NCBI GenBank assembly: GCA_944376205.1
Contig: CALWBV010000001.1
Span: 54,512-118,511 of the forward strand
DNA length: 64,000 nt
Origin: an uncultured Christensenellaceae bacterium
Lineage (GTDB): Bacteria; Bacillota; Clostridia; Christensenellales; UBA3700
Direction: 5' to 3'
The position numbers and the translations under genes were made by a program. Of this stretch, positions 40,886 to 52,049 are shown piece after piece. The notes below the pieces were generated by a model. It had not been told where the DNA came from. It did no database searches and saw only the letters and a list, made by a program, of their open reading frames with translations. Within the stretch, counting starts at the first letter, position 1, and every line of letters starts with the position of its first letter.

Positions 40886-41599
40886 TTATTTTGAACGACA
40901 TACAAACAAAAGTCTTTTCGATTTTGCCGAGGGCTTTGAAAACTTCTCTCCGTCATATATCTCATAGTCCCAATTTTCTTTGAGAATACTCTCGATAAAG
41001 TCTTGAGTATGGATATACTGTCTGTGAGTTTCCTCGACTCTGCGATACATATCGCCCGTCGTCCTCTCGAAAAAATCTATTTCCATATCCACGCAGTTGC
41101 GTTTTAATTTGTTTTGCCAGATATAAGTGATGTCGTCGTAATCTTCGCAGAATAAATTGTCGCCCAACACGTTTTTGAGTTTATATTCGGACGAAACGTC
41201 AAACACGAGCGTACCGCCGATTTTGATATTGTCATGTATTCTTGCGAGAAGTTTTGCCGCTTTGTCAGTCGGCACGTAATTGAATCCGTCGCATACAGAT
41301 ACCATAAAATCGACCTTATGATTGAGTTCGACTTCAGACATATCCTGACATATCCACTTTATATCGAGACCCGACTGTCTTGCTTTTTCTCTTGCGACGT
41401 TGAGCATCTCGACGCTTATGTCAATACCCGTCATTGAGCATCCAGCCTTTGCAAGTCTTACAGTGATTTCGCCTGAACCGCACGCAAGGTCTACGCCTTC
41501 GCCGTTGAGCCGCTTTTTTACAAACGACACATAGCCGTCATAGTCAAAGTCGCCCATAAGCCTGTCATAATATTTTGCAAGTATGCTGTATGACAACAT
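40886..41599 (-). CDS. Class I SAM-dependent methyltransferase
   Basis: YYDRLM, VDLACGSG, GIDISVEML, CQDM, CDGFNY. Confidence 0.9.
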   Translation of the reverse strand: MLSYSILAKYYDRLMGDFDYDGYVSFVKKRLNGEGVDLACGSGEITVRLAKAGCSMTGIDISVEMLNVAREKARQSGLDIKWICQDMSEVELNHKVDFMVSVCDGFNYVPTDKAAKLLARIHDNIKIGGTLVFDVSSEYKLKNVLGDNLFCEDYDDITYIWQNKLKRNCVDMEIDFFERTTGDMYRRVEETHRQYIHTQDFIESILKENWDYEIYDGEKFSKPSAKSKRLLFVCRSK

Positions 41600-41601
41600 G
41601 A

Positions 41602-42624
41602 TCAGTTTTTCTTCTTCTTTTTAGAAGATTTACGGTTTTTGGAAATTTGCTGTTGAGCCTGTTTTTTCTTTGCCTGATTTCTTTCTCTTGCAAGTCTTTC
41701 CTGCTCTTTTTGTTTTGCCTTAACGTCTTCCTGATAGAGATATCCTATCATATTGTCGCACACATACTGACTGTATGCGATGTTGAGAACAACATATACG
41801 CTGACACCCAGCAAAGCCATATATATAAGCATAAACATGCCGATAAGCGATACGAAGGAAAGCGCAATAAAACCTGCAAATACTGCCGTCACAAACAATG
41901 TAGGAACTACCATCACCATGACGAGGATAGACGTATTCTTGATATAGTCCTTCATCTTGAAGCGGTAACATACGTACATACCCTGTCCGATGAGCATATA
42001 CATAGCGCTCAACAAAGCGACGATTCCGATAAATATCGTCAATACCCACCAACCTGCATTTGCAGCACCGTATATAGCCGTATTTTTAAGTATCATTATA
42101 AGACTGCAAGTAAAGCCCGTTGCGAGTATGCCGAGCCATGCAAACGAAAGCAAAAACTTATACCAATGCATTTTGATGCCTCTGAAGAAGTGCTTCCAGA
42201 TTTTCACCTGTGCGCCCCAGAGCATGTTTCTGCAACAGTAATATACGCCCGATGCAAAAAGACCTACGAGAAGGAGACAAGGGATCAGCGAAGCGCCGAA
42301 TAACTTGAGTCTGAAATCGTAAATTGCCGCAGTAGCTTCGGGAGTGTTGTCCACAATGCCGTAACCTATACCTATGCCCGAACTGAAGTTCATCTCGGCA
42401 AGTATAGCGTTTTCCTGTACCTGCATATAATAGCCAAAGAGTACGATCATAGGCACGCACGCAATGACCAGGAAAATATTGAGCAAAACGAGCTTGGTCA
42501 TATTCTGCGATACGACGCCCATAGCTTGTCTTATTCTGCCCTTATAGTTAATTTCTCTGCCTTCCGGAGACAAGTCTCTTGCAAGAGTAAGTTTGCCTGC
42601 CAGGGTATTCAAAATCTTTCCCAT
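41602..42624 (-). CDS. Hypothetical membrane protein (DUF624/YesL-like)
   Basis: About 6 TM; FFRGIKMHW motif; Lys-rich C-terminal tail. Confidence 0.6.
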   Translation of the reverse strand: MGKILNTLAGKLTLARDLSPEGREINYKGRIRQAMGVVSQNMTKLVLLNIFLVIACVPMIVLFGYYMQVQENAILAEMNFSSGIGIGYGIVDNTPEATAAIYDFRLKLFGASLIPCLLLVGLFASGVYYCCRNMLWGAQVKIWKHFFRGIKMHWYKFLLSFAWLGILATGFTCSLIMILKNTAIYGAANAGWWVLTIFIGIVALLSAMYMLIGQGMYVCYRFKMKDYIKNTSILVMVMVVPTLFVTAVFAGFIALSFVSLIGMFMLIYMALLGVSVYVVLNIAYSQYVCDNMIGYLYQEDVKAKQKEQERLARERNQAKKKQAQQQISKNRKSSKKKKKN

Positions 42625-42884
42625 ATTAACTCCAAAATTAAAATCTTTTATATTATAAACTATTTTTTTGTATTAATCAATAATATTGACCAATTTTTCT
42701 TAAACCTTGCTACAATGCTTTATACTTTACAGAAATAAGCCTTATAAAAATATATAATTCAATTCATGTATTGCATTTTTTAGGAATGTATGTCGGATTT
42801 TTCTTTCTCTGCTCAAGGGTTTTGTCTGCAATTCTTTTATAGCGCAAATGTGCATAACAAAACTCAAAAACATGCAAAAATCGC

Positions 42885-42913
42885 TTTACACATAAAAATA
42901 TTTATGCTATCAT
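42885..42913 (+). promoter_or_regulatory. SigA promoter of the asd operon
   Basis: TTTACA-N17-TATCAT with extended TG. Confidence 0.65.
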
Positions 42914-42920
42914 ATTCGTA

Positions 42921-43090
42921 AGTTTATAGAGGCGCAGAATATATCAGTATCGGGGTCACAGCGACAAGACGCTCCCGTGAAAGGATATTTTGCCGAAATC
43001 GTAAGTATCTCTTGTACGACTTGCGGTTGGTTACTACGGTGAACAACCCTGTAACTGTCACCTTAAAATGCAAGGTGGAGCACTTAAACT
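42921..43090 (+). promoter_or_regulatory. Lysine riboswitch (L-box)
   Basis: AGAGGCGC...GAAAGG...TGCCGAA...ACTGTC...GGAGCACT; P1 AGTTTA/TAAACT; upstream of asd-dapA-dapB. Confidence 0.92.
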
Positions 43091-43115
43091 GACAACTATA
43101 TCTTGTCATTTATGT

Positions 43116-43142
43116 ATGCTTTACACCTGTAAAGCATTTTTT
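43116..43142 (+). terminator. Riboswitch expression-platform terminator
   Basis: ATGCTTTACA-cc-TGTAAAGCAT-TTTTTT. Confidence 0.8.
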
Positions 43143-43209
43143 ATTGTCCTCTGTATTCCGATTACTAACCGACATCAATTTTATGAGTTCAACTCACAAG
43201 GAGAATAAA

Positions 43210-44229
43210 ATGAAAAAATATAATGTAGCCGTTGTAGGCGCAACGGGTATGGTAGGCAACAAGTTTCTTGAGGTATTGACCGAAAAACAACTCCCCGTAG
43301 AAAACTATTATCTTTTCGCATCCGCAAAGAGTGCGGGCAAAGTCATCGATTTCATGGGCAAACCTCATACCGTAATCGAATTGACAGAAGAAAACGTAAA
43401 AGCTCACAAGGTTGACATCGCTCTCTTCAGTGCAGGCGGCTCTACGAGTGCAAAGTTCGCTCCCGTATTCGCTAAAGAAGGCGCAGTCGTAATCGACAAC
43501 TCCAGCCAATGGAGAATGGATCCCAACGTACCTTTGGTAGTTCCCGAAGTTAATCCCCAGGATATCGACTGGCACCACGGAATTATCGCCAACCCCAACT
43601 GCTCTACCATTCAGGCTATGGTAGCTCTCAAACCCCTTTACGATAAGTACGGCATCAAGAGAGTCGTATACAGCACTTATCAGGCTGTCAGCGGTGCAGG
43701 CGTCGCAGGATACAACGATCTTCTCGAAGGTCTCAAGTCCTTTGTAAAAGACGAAAAATACGAGACAAAGAAGTTCCCCTATCAGATAGCTAACAACTGT
43801 CTGCCCCACATCGACGTATTCCTTGATAACGGTTATACTAAAGAAGAAGAAAAGATGATAAAGGAGACAAAGAAGATTCTCGGAGACGACTCTATCAAAG
43901 TTACGGCTACTACCGTCAGAGTCCCCGTCCTCAACTCTCACTCCGAATCCATCAACGTTGAGTTCAACAAACCTTGCACCAAAGAAGGCATTGTCGAAGC
44001 TCTCAAGAACCAAAAAGGTATCGTCGTTGTTGACGATGTAGCAAACAACAAATACCCTATGCCTATCGACGCAACGGGTCACGACGAAGTTTACGTCGGT
44101 CGTATCCGTATCGATGACACCGTAGAAAGCGGTTGCAATCTGTGGGTAGTTGCCGACAATATCCGTAAGGGTGCCGCAAGCAACGCCGTACAAATTGCAG
44201 AATACATGATCAAAAACAACAAAATCTGA
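43210..44229 (+). CDS. asd: Aspartate-semialdehyde dehydrogenase
   Basis: VGATGMVG, IANPNCST, YQAVSGAG, DNIRKGAA; start MKKYNV with AAGGAG SD. Confidence 0.97.
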   Translation: MKKYNVAVVGATGMVGNKFLEVLTEKQLPVENYYLFASAKSAGKVIDFMGKPHTVIELTEENVKAHKVDIALFSAGGSTSAKFAPVFAKEGAVVIDNSSQWRMDPNVPLVVPEVNPQDIDWHHGIIANPNCSTIQAMVALKPLYDKYGIKRVVYSTYQAVSGAGVAGYNDLLEGLKSFVKDEKYETKKFPYQIANNCLPHIDVFLDNGYTKEEEKMIKETKKILGDDSIKVTATTVRVPVLNSHSESINVEFNKPCTKEGIVEALKNQKGIVVVDDVANNKYPMPIDATGHDEVYVGRIRIDDTVESGCNLWVVADNIRKGAASNAVQIAEYMIKNNKI

Positions 44230-44266
44230 TACTATCAAGGGGTATCTCCCCTAAAAGGAAATAAAA

Positions 44267-45145
44267 ATGTTTGAAGGAACATATACCGCTATAATCACTC
44301 CTTTTGACGAAAAAGGAATAGACTACAAGAGCTTTGAAAAACTGATCGACAGCCAGATAAACGGCGGTATCAACGGTATCGTCTTTATCGGAACGACGGG
44401 CGAACCCGCCACTATGACCGAAGAAGAAAAAAAGGAATTGAGAAAATTTGCGCTTGAAAAAGTCGCAAAAAGAGTTCCCGTAATATTCGGTACAGGCAGC
44501 AACTGTACTCTGTCCGCTGTAAAAAATTCAGTGTGTGCACAAGAAGAAGGTGCCGACGGAATTTTGGTTGTTTCGCCCTATTACAACAAATGTACGCAGG
44601 AAGGACTCTATCTTCACTATGACGCAATAGCAAAAGAGTGTTCTCTGCCCATGATCATCTACAACGTTCCCGGACGTACGGGCGTAAACATCCTTCCCGA
44701 GACGGCAGGTAAAATCGCTCACTCAATCCCCTCCGTCGTAGGTATCAAAGAGGCATGCGGCAATCTTGACCAGATTGCAAAGACTGCAAAAGCTATCGAA
44801 GGTACTCAACTTCAGCTTATGAGCGGCGACGATAAACTTGCTGTGGATATAGCACGACTCGGCGGCACTACTCTCATATCTGTCGCAAGCAATGCTTTGC
44901 CCGCAGAATTCTCTCGTCTCATGGCACTCGCAAGAGCAAAAGAATACGACAAAGCCGACGCACTTATGACAAAGTACTCTACTTTTGTAGACCTTCTTTT
45001 CAGCGAAGTCAATCCCATTCCCGTCAAGTACGCTTGTTCGCTTTTGGGACTTTGCAAAAACGTATTGAGACTTCCCCTTACTCCTATGAGCGAGGCAAAA
45101 GCAAAACTTCTGCGTGAAGAAATGCAAAGACTGCAAATTATTTGA
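44267..45145 (+). CDS. dapA: 4-hydroxy-tetrahydrodipicolinate synthase
   Basis: GTTGE, PYYNK, YNVPGRTG, GIKEA, NPIPVK. Confidence 0.96.
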   Translation: MFEGTYTAIITPFDEKGIDYKSFEKLIDSQINGGINGIVFIGTTGEPATMTEEEKKELRKFALEKVAKRVPVIFGTGSNCTLSAVKNSVCAQEEGADGILVVSPYYNKCTQEGLYLHYDAIAKECSLPMIIYNVPGRTGVNILPETAGKIAHSIPSVVGIKEACGNLDQIAKTAKAIEGTQLQLMSGDDKLAVDIARLGGTTLISVASNALPAEFSRLMALARAKEYDKADALMTKYSTFVDLLFSEVNPIPVKYACSLLGLCKNVLRLPLTPMSEAKAKLLREEMQRLQII

Positions 45146-45153
45146 GGTGTGAT

Positions 45154-45921
45154 ATGACAAACGTACTTATCTGCGGAATAGGCGGAAAAATGGGACAACA
45201 CGTTCTTGAATGTGCGTCTTCTAGAGACGATATGCATATCGTGGGCGGTATAGACAAATTCGCAAATGCAAGCGACTTCAAAGTCCCCGTATATAAGAGT
45301 GTATTCGATGTAAAAGATAAAGTTGACGTAATAATCGACTTTTCCCGTCCCGAAGCTCTTGACGATCTGTTGAGTTACGGCACATCCAACGGCGTTGCAC
45401 TCGTTCTTGCCACTACAGGTTATTCTGCCGAGCAGCAGCAAGCCGTAGAAAAAGCCTCTGAAAAGACGGCAATCTTCCAGTCTAGCAATATGTCTTTGGG
45501 CGTAAATCTTTTGATCGAACTCTGCCGCAAAGCCACAGAATTTTTAGGCGACGCTTTCGAAGTGGAGATAATCGAACAACATCACAACCGTAAAGTCGAC
45601 GCTCCTTCGGGTACTGCCTTGTCCATAGCAAAAGCAATCAACGAAGAGTTTGACAATTCAAAAGAATTTGTCTACGGCAGATACGGCAAAGATTGCAAAC
45701 GCACTCCAAAGGAGATAGGAATACACGCAGTAAGAGGCGGCACGATAGTCGGCAAACACGACGTGCTTTTTATTGGTAAAGACGAAATAATTACCCTTGC
45801 CCACGAAGCTCAATCCCGTATGGTATTTGCTCAAGGCGCCGTCAAAGCGGCAGCATTCGTGGCAAACAAAAAGAGCGGCATGTATTCCATGAAAGAAATG
45901 CTTGCCGAAATCATGGACTGA
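45154..45921 (+). CDS. dapB: 4-hydroxy-tetrahydrodipicolinate reductase
   Basis: GIGGKMG, ATTG, NMSLGVN, EQHHNRKVDAPSGTA. Confidence 0.96.
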   Translation: MTNVLICGIGGKMGQHVLECASSRDDMHIVGGIDKFANASDFKVPVYKSVFDVKDKVDVIIDFSRPEALDDLLSYGTSNGVALVLATTGYSAEQQQAVEKASEKTAIFQSSNMSLGVNLLIELCRKATEFLGDAFEVEIIEQHHNRKVDAPSGTALSIAKAINEEFDNSKEFVYGRYGKDCKRTPKEIGIHAVRGGTIVGKHDVLFIGKDEIITLAHEAQSRMVFAQGAVKAAAFVANKKSGMYSMKEMLAEIMD

Positions 45922-45973
45922 CAAAAAAATAAAAGGTCGTACGTTATGTACGAAAGTTTGTCCTTATAGGACG

Positions 45974-46000
45974 AAGAGTCGCATAAGCGACTCTTTTTTT
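45974..46000 (+). terminator. Intrinsic terminator
   Basis: AAGAGTCGC-ataa-GCGACTCTT-TTTTT. Confidence 0.85.
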
Positions 46001-46210
46001 ATGCAAATATATTGCTTTTACAGCTCATGTTTTTATGTAGTTCTGCTTTTAGCAAATTACACTCTTACACATTATCAAATCCCGTAAAAACATTTTCTAA
46101 ACGTATATATGATATTTACAATTTATTCTACTTTTGAGTTGAACTCATAAAATTTATACCGATTTCTGACACCCCGATAAGTTCTCTGTTGTTTCATTTC
46201 ATATTTCAGA

Positions 46211-46250
46211 CAATACAAAAGGCACGTCGCTGGACGTGCCTTTTGTATTG
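46211..46250 (-). terminator. Intrinsic terminator of the dnaG-rpoD operon
   Basis: CAATACAAAAGGCACGTC-gctg-GACGTGCCTTTTGTATTG. Confidence 0.85.
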
Positions 46251-46258
46251 TATCTTTT

Positions 46259-46804
46259 TTAATTTTTTCCTTTGTCTCTCATAAGTTCTTCGAGAGCAAC
46301 TTCGTATTTTCTGTTGAGCTCTGCCACCTTTTCTCTGTGCTCCATCTGCATTTTAAGAAGATCGCAATCGAGAATACGGTTTTCTTTATAAACCTTAATA
46401 TCGAATTCCTCTGCGGCTTTGAGAGTAAGCACTTCATACCACGTAAACATACTCGGACTTTTTACCATATAGGTTTTTCCGTCCTTCTCGTATGAATATT
46501 CGACATAATATACGGCTACTTTCCCCACGGATTTTTCAGTGCCGTAAGAGAGAAATTTAGCCTTGCATTTTTCGCCGTTTATTACAGTCTTTTCGTCTTT
46601 TTTGATCTTCGCAAGTCTGAAAAGCGACGAGATTGCAAGCGCCACTCCCACAATAAGGGTAATTGCAGATACGAGATAACTCGCCGCCCACTTTTCCTTG
46701 GCGAAATAGCGGTAATATACCAACAATACAATGCCCATTACGGCAACTATTGCTCCGATTACTGCCGGTCTTATAACGTTATTTTTGACGCTGAGTCTTT
46801 TCAT
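46259..46804 (-). CDS. Hypothetical membrane protein (2 TM plus beta domain, DUF3592-like)
   Basis: Two TM, then YYVEYSYEKDGKTY; tightly coupled to the upstream gene. Confidence 0.65.
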   Translation of the reverse strand: MKRLSVKNNVIRPAVIGAIVAVMGIVLLVYYRYFAKEKWAASYLVSAITLIVGVALAISSLFRLAKIKKDEKTVINGEKCKAKFLSYGTEKSVGKVAVYYVEYSYEKDGKTYMVKSPSMFTWYEVLTLKAAEEFDIKVYKENRILDCDLLKMQMEHREKVAELNRKYEVALEELMRDKGKN

Positions 46805-46805
46805 G

Positions 46806-47510
46806 TCAATCCTTGATATATATCAGTCGTCCGCAGTTGGGACATTCCTGAATCTTTTTCTCCTGAAGTTTGTTGAGCGTATCGCTGGCAATCTCCATGC
46901 CGCAACCTCCGCAGCCGTTGGGCTTGACGAGAGGCACGAATACAGGCACACGCTTGTTTGCTCTAACCTTCATGTATCTTTCCATAAGTTGAGGAGCAAT
47001 ATCCGAAGAAATAGCTTTCATTTCTTTGGAAAGCGCACCGGCCTCAACCGACATCTTCTTTTTAAGCTCGTTGAATGCGTCAGTTGCCGCACGATAAGCC
47101 TTTGCGGCTTTTGCGGCCTGTTCGAAGTCCTTTTTCTGATTTACGGAGATTTCGCCAAGTTCCTTGTTTCCTCTCGAAACTTCTCTCTCGAGTTCGTCGA
47201 GTTTCTGTTCGAGTTTTTCGAGTTGCTTTGCAAAATAATCGAGTTGTTTTTCGTCGCAGTCTTTGAGTTCGCTGTTGTTGATTTCGTCTATCTGTTTGCT
47301 GGTTTCTTCCAAAGAAGCCATACTCTTTTTGAGACTTTCCATAGTATGGTCAGCCACATCGTTCATTCTCGTAAGATTATCGATAGACTGCTGTCCTGCC
47401 TGCTTGTAAGCCATAACCTTTTTGGCTTCCTGCGAGGACTTGAGTTCGTTCTCGAGCTTGATATATTTCATATCGTACTCCTGATACTGCAAAATCTTAT
47501 CTATACTCAT
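46806..47510 (-). CDS. Coiled-coil protein with C4 zinc ribbon (zf-RING_7/DUF164)
   Basis: Long coiled coil, then CGGC...CPNCGRLIY; typical position after nif3. Confidence 0.88.
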   Translation of the reverse strand: MSIDKILQYQEYDMKYIKLENELKSSQEAKKVMAYKQAGQQSIDNLTRMNDVADHTMESLKKSMASLEETSKQIDEINNSELKDCDEKQLDYFAKQLEKLEQKLDELEREVSRGNKELGEISVNQKKDFEQAAKAAKAYRAATDAFNELKKKMSVEAGALSKEMKAISSDIAPQLMERYMKVRANKRVPVFVPLVKPNGCGGCGMEIASDTLNKLQEKKIQECPNCGRLIYIKD

Positions 47511-47556
47511 TTTATACTCCTTTGCGCCTTTAGGCGTTTGTAGTTTAGTTATGCCC

Positions 47557-48948
47557 TTACGCCTTTGCGTAGGGGTCTTTGTCGCATTTACTTATCTGAA
47601 TCAAATCTCCGAATTTTTCTTCCAGCCACGATACAAAAATATCTATGCAGAAAATTTCGCTGTTATAATGTCCGAAGTCGACAAGCGACAAACCGTAATC
47701 TATTATCTTGAGCGCAATCGAAATCTTGCTTTCTCCGCCGACAATGCAATCGACGCCGTTGTCATGAGCGTATTCGACAAGTTCGTCGTCTCTTGCTCCC
47801 GCTCCCGTGCAAACGGCAACTTTTGTGATGATTTTGTCGGCATCTCCCGCATACTTAACGTTGTTATCGCTAAACACCTCTGCGACTTTTTGAGCAAAAT
47901 CTTTGAGTTTTTGCGGTTTGTCAAGCACACCTTCTCTGGCGCAACCGTCTATTATTTTCACCTTCTTCAAACCTAGAAGGTTTGCCGCATAATCGTTAAG
48001 TCCGCCTTTGCAGCAATCGAGATTTGTGTGACAGCTATACAGATTTATTCCGTATTCTTTAGCTCTTAAGAGGATTTTTTCCGAATAAATATCTCTCTCC
48101 TCTCCGAATACCGACGGATGATGCGTTATCAAAAGATTACATGCCTTGTTTTTACATTCTTCGAGAGTGGCAAAAGTCACATTTTCGGCAAGCATTATGC
48201 CTTTCAGAGAATCGTCCTTATTGCCGCAATTGAGACCTGCACTGTCAAAATCCAGCATAAGTTCAAGCGGCGCATGCTTTTCTATCTCTTCTGTTACATC
48301 TTTTATCTTGAAATCGTCTTTTTTCATACAATAGAGGTAAATCTTTTTAAGAGTTTCGTCGGCATACTCTCCCAAAGATGTGTACTTTTGACGGATATGT
48401 CTGCTGTACTTGACAAAATCGGGATTTTGAGGTGTATTCAATCCTGAATAAATCTGTCTCTCGTCTAACTTGCAATCCCTGTCCGTATCTGCAAGCGCAA
48501 CGATGATATCGTAAAACTTTCCTCCTTCGGCAACCGTATAATCCTTGTCGATAAATAGATTGTTTTTTGAAAGGAATCTTCTCAATTCCACGACGTTTCG
48601 GTGTGCGACAAGTATAAATTTCTTTACGCCTTTGAGTCCCTTGGACAATATGGACATTATTTCATTGCCGCCCATTCCTGCAATTACGGCGCAATCCGCT
48701 TCCCCGTTTTCTATCGGAGCGAGACCGTCGCCCAATCTGCACTGCATATTATCTAGTGAATATGTATCGGCTAGCTTCTTTGCCTTGTCGAGCGAGCCTT
48801 CGGAAATATCGCACGCAATGACCTTTTTGACTCTTTTTTCGATGAGAGACATTGCGCTGACTTTGCCGTGGTCGCAGCCTACATCCGCAAGCGTTTCGCC
48901 GCTTACTTCATTGACTACGGCTCTCAGTCTTTTGTCAAGTTTCAACAT
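47557..48948 (-). CDS. trmK: Fusion of tRNA m1A22 methyltransferase TrmK and a Nif3-like dinuclear metal protein
   Basis: N-half LADVGCDHG, RLGDGL, IAGMGG; C-half ITHHP, HTNLD, VAVCTGAG, GHYNSE; single open frame. Confidence 0.88.
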   Translation of the reverse strand: MLKLDKRLRAVVNEVSGETLADVGCDHGKVSAMSLIEKRVKKVIACDISEGSLDKAKKLADTYSLDNMQCRLGDGLAPIENGEADCAVIAGMGGNEIMSILSKGLKGVKKFILVAHRNVVELRRFLSKNNLFIDKDYTVAEGGKFYDIIVALADTDRDCKLDERQIYSGLNTPQNPDFVKYSRHIRQKYTSLGEYADETLKKIYLYCMKKDDFKIKDVTEEIEKHAPLELMLDFDSAGLNCGNKDDSLKGIMLAENVTFATLEECKNKACNLLITHHPSVFGEERDIYSEKILLRAKEYGINLYSCHTNLDCCKGGLNDYAANLLGLKKVKIIDGCAREGVLDKPQKLKDFAQKVAEVFSDNNVKYAGDADKIITKVAVCTGAGARDDELVEYAHDNGVDCIVGGESKISIALKIIDYGLSLVDFGHYNSEIFCIDIFVSWLEEKFGDLIQISKCDKDPYAKA

Positions 48949-48949
48949 A

Positions 48950-50047
48950 TCAGACCTTGCCGATATAATCTTTGAGCTTCTTCGTACGGTTAGGGTGACG
49001 GAGCTTTCTCAATGCCTTTGCTTCGATCTGACGTATACGCTCTCTGGTTACGTTGAATTCTCTGCCGACTTCTTCGAGAGTCTTGGGACGGGCATCGTCG
49101 AGTCCGTATCTCTTGCGGATAACTTCGTTTTCTCTGGGGGTAAGCGAACTCAAAACCTCAAGCAAATGTTCTTTGAGCATCTTTGTCTCCGCTTTTTCGG
49201 CAGGAGAAGCCGAGGTATTGTCCTCAATGAAGTCGCCGAGGTGACTGTCTTCCTCTTCGCCGATAGGCTTTTCGAGAGAAACGGGATCTTGGGCAATCTT
49301 TTGAATTTCGATGACCTTTTCTTCGGTTATGCCCATCTTATCGGCAATTTCCTTTGTAGTAGGTTCTCTGCCGAGAGTCTGCAAAAGCTGTCTTGAAACT
49401 CTGCCTGTTTTGTTGATAGTCTCTACCATGTGTACGGGGATTCTTATTGTTCTTGCCTGGTCTGCGATAGCTCTTGTAATGGACTGTTTGATCCACCATG
49501 TAGCATACGTCGAAAACTTAAATCCCTTGGTATGATCGAACTTTTCTACCGCTTTCATAAGTCCGAGATTGCCTTCTTGTATAAGGTCGAGGAATTGCAT
49601 ACCTCTGCCCACGTATCTCTTCGCAATAGAAACGACGAGACGAAGGTTTGCTTCGCTGAGTCTGTTTTTCGCAGCAACGTCGCCCTCGCTCATTCTTTTG
49701 GCGAGTTCTATTTCCTCGTCGGGTTTGAGAAGAGGAACTTGACCTATGTCTTTGAGATACATCTTAACGGAGTCGTCTGTGGTAGCGTCTATGTTATCAA
49801 AGACGATACCTTTCATATCCTCGTCGGTGTCTTCCTCGATTTCCACTCCTTTTACTCTCAATATCTCATATACGAGACTGAGCTCATCGGGCTGAAGCGA
49901 AAGCTTGTCCGTGAGTTTTTCGAATTCAGACATAGTAAGAGTCTTATTTTTGTAGTTGTTGGCAATTTTCTTGGCTTCGTTGCGGACTTTTTCTTCTCTT
50001 TGAGCCGTCTTATCGCTAACTTCTGCTTTTTCTTTTTTGTCTTCCAT
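48950..50047 (-). CDS. rpoD: Primary sigma factor SigA/RpoD
   Basis: [39 protein letters not shown]...[14 protein letters not shown]; start MEDKKE with GGAGG SD. Confidence 0.97.
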   Translation of the reverse strand: MEDKKEKAEVSDKTAQREEKVRNEAKKIANNYKNKTLTMSEFEKLTDKLSLQPDELSLVYEILRVKGVEIEEDTDEDMKGIVFDNIDATTDDSVKMYLKDIGQVPLLKPDEEIELAKRMSEGDVAAKNRLSEANLRLVVSIAKRYVGRGMQFLDLIQEGNLGLMKAVEKFDHTKGFKFSTYATWWIKQSITRAIADQARTIRIPVHMVETINKTGRVSRQLLQTLGREPTTKEIADKMGITEEKVIEIQKIAQDPVSLEKPIGEEEDSHLGDFIEDNTSASPAEKAETKMLKEHLLEVLSSLTPRENEVIRKRYGLDDARPKTLEEVGREFNVTRERIRQIEAKALRKLRHPNRTKKLKDYIGKV

Positions 50048-50081
50048 ACATCCTCCAAATATATTAGCTTTTGTGAAGTCT

Positions 50082-51812
50082 TTATTGTTTTTTTGTCTGT
50101 GCAAGCTGGCTTATCATTATGTATCTGGCTTCCTCATCGGTTTCGTTGTCGATAGCCTTCGTCAAAGCACGCTTGCGCAGTTTGTCGCCCTCTTTGATTA
50201 TTGTTTTTACGCAGTCGGCAAAATACTGATTTGCTATTTCGTCGCCTATTTTACTGCCCTCGTCGAGTACATAACGTACCTCGGGGTTGTTTTCTTCTTC
50301 CTTTACGAGTTCGTCGAGTGTGTTCTGTCCCGAGTCTTTTTTTGCTCTGTAAAGATTATAAAGCGCAGCTTGGTTTTTATCTACGATATACTGTGACAAA
50401 TCCGTCTCGCAGTTTGCGTTTTCCACGCCCCCGAACAATGCATACAACACATATCTTACCGCTCTGTCAAATGCCGTCATTCCGACTTTAGCCTGCGGTT
50501 TAGCAATCTGAATCACAGGGGTTTCGCTCATATCGAACTGACGTCTCAACGTCTCTACGCTCAATCCCGTTTTCTTTGCGACGAAGCCCATATACGCTTC
50601 TACCATTGCAGGATCTTCCAACACTTTGATCGCATTCATCGCTTCAACGGCATACTTACCCTTTTCCTGCGGAGAAGTAAGATCGTATTTAGAAGCTATT
50701 ACGTTGAGTTTGTGTTCGAAAAGCGGTTTAGCTTCTACGAGAAGTTTGAGATAACTGTCTTTGCCGTACTTGCGCACGTATTCGTCGGGATCGAGATTGT
50801 CGGGAAGGCTAACGACTCTGACGTCTAGTCCCTCGTTATAAAGAATATCGAGGCCTCTCATAGTAGCTTTCTGTCCTGCGCTGTCGCCGTCATAACAGAT
50901 AATAACCTTGTTGACGTATCTTTTGATAAGCCTTGCCTGTTCGACGGTAAGTGCCGTACCCATAGAAGCGACGGCGTTTTTGACTCCTCTCTGGAAAAGT
51001 GAGATTACGTCCATATAGCCCTCGACCATAATAAGTTCGTTGACAGGTCCCTCGAGCTTGAGTTTTTTTACGGAATGCTGTCCGAATATCTCTTTCGACT
51101 TGTTAAAAAGTATCGTCTCACGGGTATTTTTATATTTAGGCAAGCTGTCGTCGAGTACACGACCGCCGAAAGCGATGACCTGCTTAATATTGTTGATGAT
51201 AGGAACGATAAGTCTTCCCGCCATAGTGTCATAACAACCGTTTTGCGACTTATCCACAAGTCCTGCTTCCTGCATTTGTTCGCCAGAGTAACCCTTTGAG
51301 GAAAGATACGAGACGAGTTGCTGTTTTCCTATCGAATATCCAAGACCGAATATACGTGCAGTCTGTGCGCTTATACCTCTTTTTGCGAGATACTCTCTTG
51401 CGGGTTTGCCCGCATCACCCATCAAATTCTGATGGAAGTATGCGGCGGCGTCACGCATCATTTCGTAAAGCTTGTCCTTATGTTTTTTGAGAGTGGCATT
51501 GCTGTCCTTACGGGAAAAATCGGGGATTTCGACATGATATTTATCGGCAAGAATCTTGACCGCACCCATAAAATCGGTGTGTTCGATTTCCTGCACGAAA
51601 GTAATCACGTCACCGCCGACATGACAGCCGAAACAATAGTATGTCTGAGTCTGGGAATGAATACAAAAAGAAGGGGTTTTTTCGTGATGAAAGGGACAAC
51701 AAGCCCACTTTCTGCTACCCTTTTCTTCAAGATGTACATAAGAAGAAACGACCTCTGCTATATCAATCTTGGATTTTAACTTTTCCAGCCACTCGGAAAA
51801 AACTTCCGCCAT
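50082..51812 (-). CDS. dnaG: DNA primase
   Basis: [15 protein letters not shown] zinc finger, [29 protein letters not shown]. Confidence 0.97.
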   Translation of the reverse strand: MAEVFSEWLEKLKSKIDIAEVVSSYVHLEEKGSRKWACCPFHHEKTPSFCIHSQTQTYYCFGCHVGGDVITFVQEIEHTDFMGAVKILADKYHVEIPDFSRKDSNATLKKHKDKLYEMMRDAAAYFHQNLMGDAGKPAREYLAKRGISAQTARIFGLGYSIGKQQLVSYLSSKGYSGEQMQEAGLVDKSQNGCYDTMAGRLIVPIINNIKQVIAFGGRVLDDSLPKYKNTRETILFNKSKEIFGQHSVKKLKLEGPVNELIMVEGYMDVISLFQRGVKNAVASMGTALTVEQARLIKRYVNKVIICYDGDSAGQKATMRGLDILYNEGLDVRVVSLPDNLDPDEYVRKYGKDSYLKLLVEAKPLFEHKLNVIASKYDLTSPQEKGKYAVEAMNAIKVLEDPAMVEAYMGFVAKKTGLSVETLRRQFDMSETPVIQIAKPQAKVGMTAFDRAVRYVLYALFGGVENANCETDLSQYIVDKNQAALYNLYRAKKDSGQNTLDELVKEEENNPEVRYVLDEGSKIGDEIANQYFADCVKTIIKEGDKLRKRALTKAIDNETDEEARYIMISQLAQTKKQ

Positions 51813-52014
51813 CTTATACCTCTAAAATATTTTACACTTAATTATACGTTAAGTTATGTATATTTTCCTATCATACATAATAAATTTTTTAATATTTTTA
51901 CATTATTTTGACCTCCGAATGCAAATTTATACTTTTCAAGGGCGTATAAAATGCAAAAGCGGAGAGTTTTTGAAGATATTTTGTCACGTATGTGTGTATA
52001 ATTTATATATAATA

Positions 52015-52043
52015 TTGACAAAACACGCAATTTTTTATAAAAT
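52015..52043 (+). promoter_or_regulatory. SigA promoter, probably giving leaderless dgt mRNA
   Basis: TTGACA-N17-TAAAAT-N6-ATG; no SD. Confidence 0.7.
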
Positions 52044-52049
52044 AAAATT

